DNA of 64,000 bases. Origin: an uncultured delta proteobacterium. GTDB lineage: Bacteria > Desulfobacterota > Desulfobulbia > Desulfobulbales > Desulfocapsaceae. Position 1 is the stretch's first letter, and every line of letters begins with the position of its first letter. The stretch is from NCBI GenBank assembly GCA_963798425.1, contig CAWCTP010000012.1, positions 153,470 through 217,469 on the forward strand. Reading direction: 5' to 3'. Under the pieces are notes generated by a model. That model ran no database searches, had not been told where the DNA came from, and worked only from the letters and a program-made list of their open reading frames with translations. Positions 60,070 to 64,000 of this stretch are shown here, in pieces. A program made the position numbers and the translations under genes.

Positions 60070-61188
60070 TCACCTTGTGGAAAGCTGTCTGCTTTTGAGA
60101 ATAAACAGTATAAATCGAGCTGTTACAGGATATGCCGAGGCAAGACCACGTAACCTGCTCCAGCCAAATCTGTGTCCTAGGGCCGGTACACCAGCCAATG
60201 CTGTGTGGAACTGGAATTGCCTGGCTGCAAGGCGAAAATCTTCTATATTTTTAATAGGCAAATCACTAAGTGACGCTAAAAGAGATGGCATGCAACATGC
60301 CGGCAGTTCATGACGTTTCCAGCCTCCTGGCAACCGCATGAAAAAGCGAATCCCACTACGTTGCACCCTGTTGCCCATAACTACTTGGTGAGGAATTGCA
60401 TTTGTGGGAATTGGTGGCCGTGAAAAATCAATTATCGTTGCTGTTTCTGGAATTTTATGGTGCAGACGACAGTCCATAAAATCCTTTCCTCTGGGGAGAA
60501 GATTAATAACAAAGTCTACTTCGCCTAGCTGCAGATTTGCAGCTTCTTCATCTGTTAACCGAACATCCCCTTTTCTGGTATATCTGACACCAACCATAGA
60601 CATCCGATAACCATTAGCACCAAGATGCTGCTCCAGTTGATCTGCGAGCAAACCTCCTCCAACAACTGCAACTGAAATATTCCAGGGTTCTTTCTTTGAA
60701 GTGCTTACCAGATGACTAACTGCCTTTTGAATGCTGAAAATATTGCCGAAGGTGCTGCTGTAAAAAGGATGCTCCATTGAAAAGCCATGGCGTTTTTCGA
60801 ATATTGGACCGAGCTGTCCTGCCAAGCCTATTGTCTGTGCACCGGAAAGTTTTTGAACCCAGAGCATGCGCTTTATAATAGTCTCGACTGTAGGGCGATT
60901 TTTTTTAAGCATCAGTTCTAAAGATGAGTTTGGGATTACGAGATATATCCCGAGGGGACGCCATCCCTTCATTATGAGTCCAGCCGGCGTCGGTCGGCCC
61001 GAAAAAAAATTCCGTAACCATTTTATATTAGGGCAAAAGTCAAGACATTCCGAACTGTCCGTTGGGTATATGAGAAAAAGAGTTTTGAACAGTTGTATTC
61101 GACCGAAAAACCAAATCAGTATCCAGATAGGCCATCGCAGTAGAAAAGCATAGAGTAGAAAGATAAACTGGCGCATGAATTTGTCCAT
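60070..61188 (-). CDS. hypothetical protein with N-terminal TM and possible Rossmann-like segment
   Basis: 372-aa ORF. TM (FIFLLYAFLLRWPIWILIWFF). VAVVGGGLLADQL resembles a GxGxxA dinucleotide-binding motif. Confidence 0.35.
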   Translation of the reverse strand: MDKFMRQFIFLLYAFLLRWPIWILIWFFGRIQLFKTLFLIYPTDSSECLDFCPNIKWLRNFFSGRPTPAGLIMKGWRPLGIYLVIPNSSLELMLKKNRPTVETIIKRMLWVQKLSGAQTIGLAGQLGPIFEKRHGFSMEHPFYSSTFGNIFSIQKAVSHLVSTSKKEPWNISVAVVGGGLLADQLEQHLGANGYRMSMVGVRYTRKGDVRLTDEEAANLQLGEVDFVINLLPRGKDFMDCRLHHKIPETATIIDFSRPPIPTNAIPHQVVMGNRVQRSGIRFFMRLPGGWKRHELPACCMPSLLASLSDLPIKNIEDFRLAARQFQFHTALAGVPALGHRFGWSRLRGLASAYPVTARFILFILKSRQLSTR

Positions 61189-61433
61189 TTTGTTCTCCTT
61201 GAATGATTTTGTTAACCAGAGCTCAGTGCAGCTAGGGTGAGGGGAAAAACTTTTGATTATTCTTTATCGGCGATTTGCAAGAGAAGTATTATGTGTTCGT
61301 GAAATTATAAAAATCGCGATTCCAACATGGTGATGTCGTCTGTGATCTTGGATATTTATGGGAATAAAAAAAGGCCGCATTATCTTGAGATAGTGCGGCC
61401 CGAGTACAACAAAAATAAATTTTAATGTTAGCT

Positions 61434-63341
61434 TTAACCAGTAAGAACCTCGTTGATTATTGTAATTATCTCTGCCAGCCCGTAAGGCTTCTTGATATAG
61501 CTGTGCACGCCAAGCTCCAGAGCTTTCTTGACGCGATCAGTCTCAGAATAACCACTTACGATAACTACTTTCTGGTCCGGCCGGATTTCAAGAATACGTT
61601 GATATGTATCCAAACCATCCATGCCGGGTTCCATGATCATATCAATGAGAATAAGATCAACGGTTTTTTCTCTTAGAAATGCTATGGCCTCTTCACCACT
61701 GGAAACAGTTTCTATCCTGTAGCCCAGAGTAGAAAGGATGTTTTCTCCAAGTGATCTCTGTTCCAGGTCGTCATCGACCAGCAAAATTGTTTCTCCATTG
61801 CCCTGTTTGATTGATAGTGATATCGGTTTTGTGGTGATCGACTGGTTGTGGTCATTTTTTTGAACAGGGAGAAACACCGTTATGGTAGTGCCCTTTTCTG
61901 GAGAACTTTCTACATCCAAATATCCATCATGGTCTTTGACAGCACCCCATACCACAGTCATACCCAGGCCGGTACCGCTGCGGCCCATAATTTTGCTGGT
62001 ATAAAATGGTTCAAATATCTTGCTCAGCTTATCTTGAGATATGCCCATTCCGTTGTCACGGATTGTAAAAACCACATAATTTCCGGGGATGGTGGTGTCG
62101 TATCCTCTGATCGGAGTATCTACATATCTGTTTTCCGTAACCAGTAAAACGCTGCCTTCTTTTTCTATTGCTTCAAAGCTGTTCATCAAAAGATTCATGA
62201 CAGCCTTTTCCAAATGAACCGGAGATGCGGATAAGTATTGCAAGTCAGGAGCGAGATGTGTTTCTACAGTCACATCGGGATAAATCTTCTGTAAATTGAT
62301 GAATTCGGGGCTTTGCAGATGGGCTCTGATGATATCATTGAGTTGTACCTTTTCTCTGGTCGTGATTCCCCTGCGCGCTAAAGTCAATAGGTCCTGGACA
62401 ATTACCGCGGCACGTTTTCCAGCACGACGTATGTTTTCCAGAGGCACGCGCATATCACTGTTCGGTGATAACTTATGCAGTAACAAGTCGGGATAGCTGA
62501 CGAGACCAGACAAAACATTGTTGAGGTCATGTGCTACACCACCGGCCAGCCGCCCAAGAAGTTCCATCTTCTCTCCCCTGACCAGTTCAGACTTCAGTCG
62601 TAACTGTTCCTGTTGCGCCCATTTTCGTTCTTCGATTTCAAGCCGTAATTTTCTGTTAGCCTCTTCCAATTCCGAAGTTCTCAGTGTGACACGTTGTTCA
62701 AGTTGATTTCTGGATTCTTCCAGTTCTTTTTCTTTGTCCCGTAGCTCGTTTATGGTTCTGGCTAGGATTTGTTGTTCGTCCAACAATGCGTCACGGCTCC
62801 CAGAGCGACTCTTTTCAACTAGAAAAGCTAAAACACAGACGAGGAGATAGGAGGGAATAAAACGAATAGCAAAATCTTTGCTGTATACATTGATATTGTC
62901 GGATTGCAGATCGAAGAGGAGAAACCCTGTACAAAAACAGAAAAGGAGCCCTGTGACCCACATGCCTTGCCGTAATCCAAGCAGATAAAGAGATATAAGC
63001 GGGAAGGTGTAGAGCCACATGAAGGAAGTCGTGTGTACCCCTCCAAGAAAAAACAGATAACTAAAAAAAAGGAGGAGGATAAAAATGCCGAAACGGGAGG
63101 CAATAGGTTCGTTTCCGGTTCGGTGCAGATAGAAAAGAATCATGAAGAGAGCGCTGGCAACGATAAAATCAGCGATGCCTAGAAGTAGAGCACTTTGTAG
63201 CAGAGCAATACCTCCCATGAACAAGAGAAGGATAGCACCAAGAAATAGAAAAATATTTAACATAATAATTTTTCTTACGGTCTCACTATCCTTGCCGTCA
63301 CGGACTCCCTTGTAGAGAAAAGAATGCATCTGTGTCCCCAA
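61434..63341 (-). CDS. hybrid sensor histidine kinase (multi-TM sensor, HisKA, HATPase, C-terminal receiver)
   Basis: Six or more N-terminal TM helices. Coiled coil. H-box (VAHDLNNVLSG). Response-regulator receiver at the C-terminus (ILLVDDD…LILIDMIMEPGMDG…SGYSE). Confidence 0.85.
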   Translation of the reverse strand: MGTQMHSFLYKGVRDGKDSETVRKIIMLNIFLFLGAILLLFMGGIALLQSALLLGIADFIVASALFMILFYLHRTGNEPIASRFGIFILLLFFSYLFFLGGVHTTSFMWLYTFPLISLYLLGLRQGMWVTGLLFCFCTGFLLFDLQSDNINVYSKDFAIRFIPSYLLVCVLAFLVEKSRSGSRDALLDEQQILARTINELRDKEKELEESRNQLEQRVTLRTSELEEANRKLRLEIEERKWAQQEQLRLKSELVRGEKMELLGRLAGGVAHDLNNVLSGLVSYPDLLLHKLSPNSDMRVPLENIRRAGKRAAVIVQDLLTLARRGITTREKVQLNDIIRAHLQSPEFINLQKIYPDVTVETHLAPDLQYLSASPVHLEKAVMNLLMNSFEAIEKEGSVLLVTENRYVDTPIRGYDTTIPGNYVVFTIRDNGMGISQDKLSKIFEPFYTSKIMGRSGTGLGMTVVWGAVKDHDGYLDVESSPEKGTTITVFLPVQKNDHNQSITTKPISLSIKQGNGETILLVDDDLEQRSLGENILSTLGYRIETVSSGEEAIAFLREKTVDLILIDMIMEPGMDGLDTYQRILEIRPDQKVVIVSGYSETDRVKKALELGVHSYIKKPYGLAEIITIINEVLTG

Positions 63342-63526
63342 GTTTTCTGGTGGGCTCTAGTGTTACAAAGTGGAGTGTCAGTCTGTTATGTCGGTTTAAT
63401 TCCTAACTGTATTATACTATATACATAATTTAATGTCATTCCAGTGCCGGAATAGTTCTACTCAACCACATAAGAATTGAACGAATAAGATTTTAATTTT
63501 CAATCAATGTCTCGATAGATCGGCTA

Positions 63527-64000
63527 TTAAGCAACTGATGGCATAACGTAAAATAAAATCGCAAAAAAATGTGCAGCGCTGCCGGCAACCACAAAAAGAT
63601 GCCAGATGGCATGGTGATAGGAAAGAGCTTTCCATACATAAAAGACGACACCAAGTGTATAGAGTAGACCGCCGATCAGGAGAAGGATGACACCGTTAGG
63701 TGCGAGAGATAAAAGGAGAGGACGCAGGGCAATCACAAGCAGCCAGCCCATTCCAAGGTAGAGTGTGAGAGACAACCATCGAATTTGTTTTTTTATAACC
63801 AATTCAAGAATCAATCCACCAAGAGCAAGTCCCCATACCAGACCAAAGAGGGTCCACCCCCAAGTTCCACGTAATGTTATTAAAGTCAAAGGAGTGTAGG
63901 TTCCTGCAATGAGAACATAAATGAGAGAATGGTCGAATCGCTTGAAAAGCCTCTTCAGGTTAGGAGAGGAAAACAGGTGATAGAGTGTGGAGGCCAAATA
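63527..64000 (-). CDS. hemolysin-III/PAQR-family membrane protein (5' end beyond window edge)
   Basis: The C-terminal HlyIII blocks (RFDHSLIYVLIAGTYTP…HAIWHLFVVAGSAAHFFAI) are present. The ORF runs to the window end, so it is probably N-terminally incomplete. Confidence 0.65.
   Translation of the reverse strand, partial: YLASTLYHLFSSPNLKRLFKRFDHSLIYVLIAGTYTPLTLITLRGTWGWTLFGLVWGLALGGLILELVIKKQIRWLSLTLYLGMGWLLVIALRPLLLSLAPNGVILLLIGGLLYTLGVVFYVWKALSYHHAIWHLFVVAGSAAHFFAILFYVMPSVA

Overview
This 64-kb window looks like a bacterial chromosomal segment, possibly from a Desulfobacterota-like proteobacterium, though the taxon cannot be assigned from sequence alone. Composition is strongly mosaic: GC-rich core genes sit next to AT-rich inserts.

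**Layout, 5' to 3':**
- A c-di-GMP / copper block: a REC-GGDEF diguanylate cyclase, copZ, a Cys-rich secreted ORF, a Met/His-rich periplasmic protein, a cusC-like outer-membrane factor split by a frameshift, a CusB-CusF fusion adaptor, and cusA, followed by a decayed 3' duplicate of cusA.
- A roughly 15.6-kb accessory segment (about 11.4-27.0 kb) bounded by an imperfect ~26-35-nt direct repeat. It carries a 1-kb ORF-free AT-rich spacer, an AT-rich orphan gene with a perfect 14-bp operator-like palindrome, an IS1182-family transposase, a ~1180-aa ORF interrupted by a single in-frame TGA, a MaoC dehydratase, a tripartite HipB-HipS-HipT toxin-antitoxin module with three operator-like repeats spaced 70 bp apart, an AT-rich LysM-protein pair with a decayed duplicate fragment, and copA.
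- Core genes: a flavodoxin-ferredoxin, a SlyD-like protein with a Cys-rich tail, RluA, and two SPFH paralogs (one frameshifted).
- The candidate novel system: a MotA/MotB-like pair (the MotB-like protein has a long coiled coil), a PilZ-sigma54 enhancer-binding protein with its own sigma54 promoter, a small secreted protein, three paralogous secreted low-complexity proteins (N- and G/A/N/D-rich, with a shared N-terminal motif), a C39-peptidase-like lipoprotein, and an outer-membrane beta-barrel. This resembles a Fap-type functional-amyloid or fibre secretion locus under c-di-GMP/sigma54 control.
- Downstream: a 1721-aa exonuclease-RecQ-UvrD triple-fusion helicase, two divergent orphan DctP-type TRAP substrate-binding paralogs, rph, a SplB-like radical SAM protein, a PNPOx-like protein, a DUF2339/DUF3999-like pair, a hybrid histidine kinase and a partial HlyIII.

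Four genes are disrupted: the cusC-like gene, the cusA copy, the large island ORF and one SPFH paralog. No rRNA, tRNA or CRISPR array was recognised by eye.
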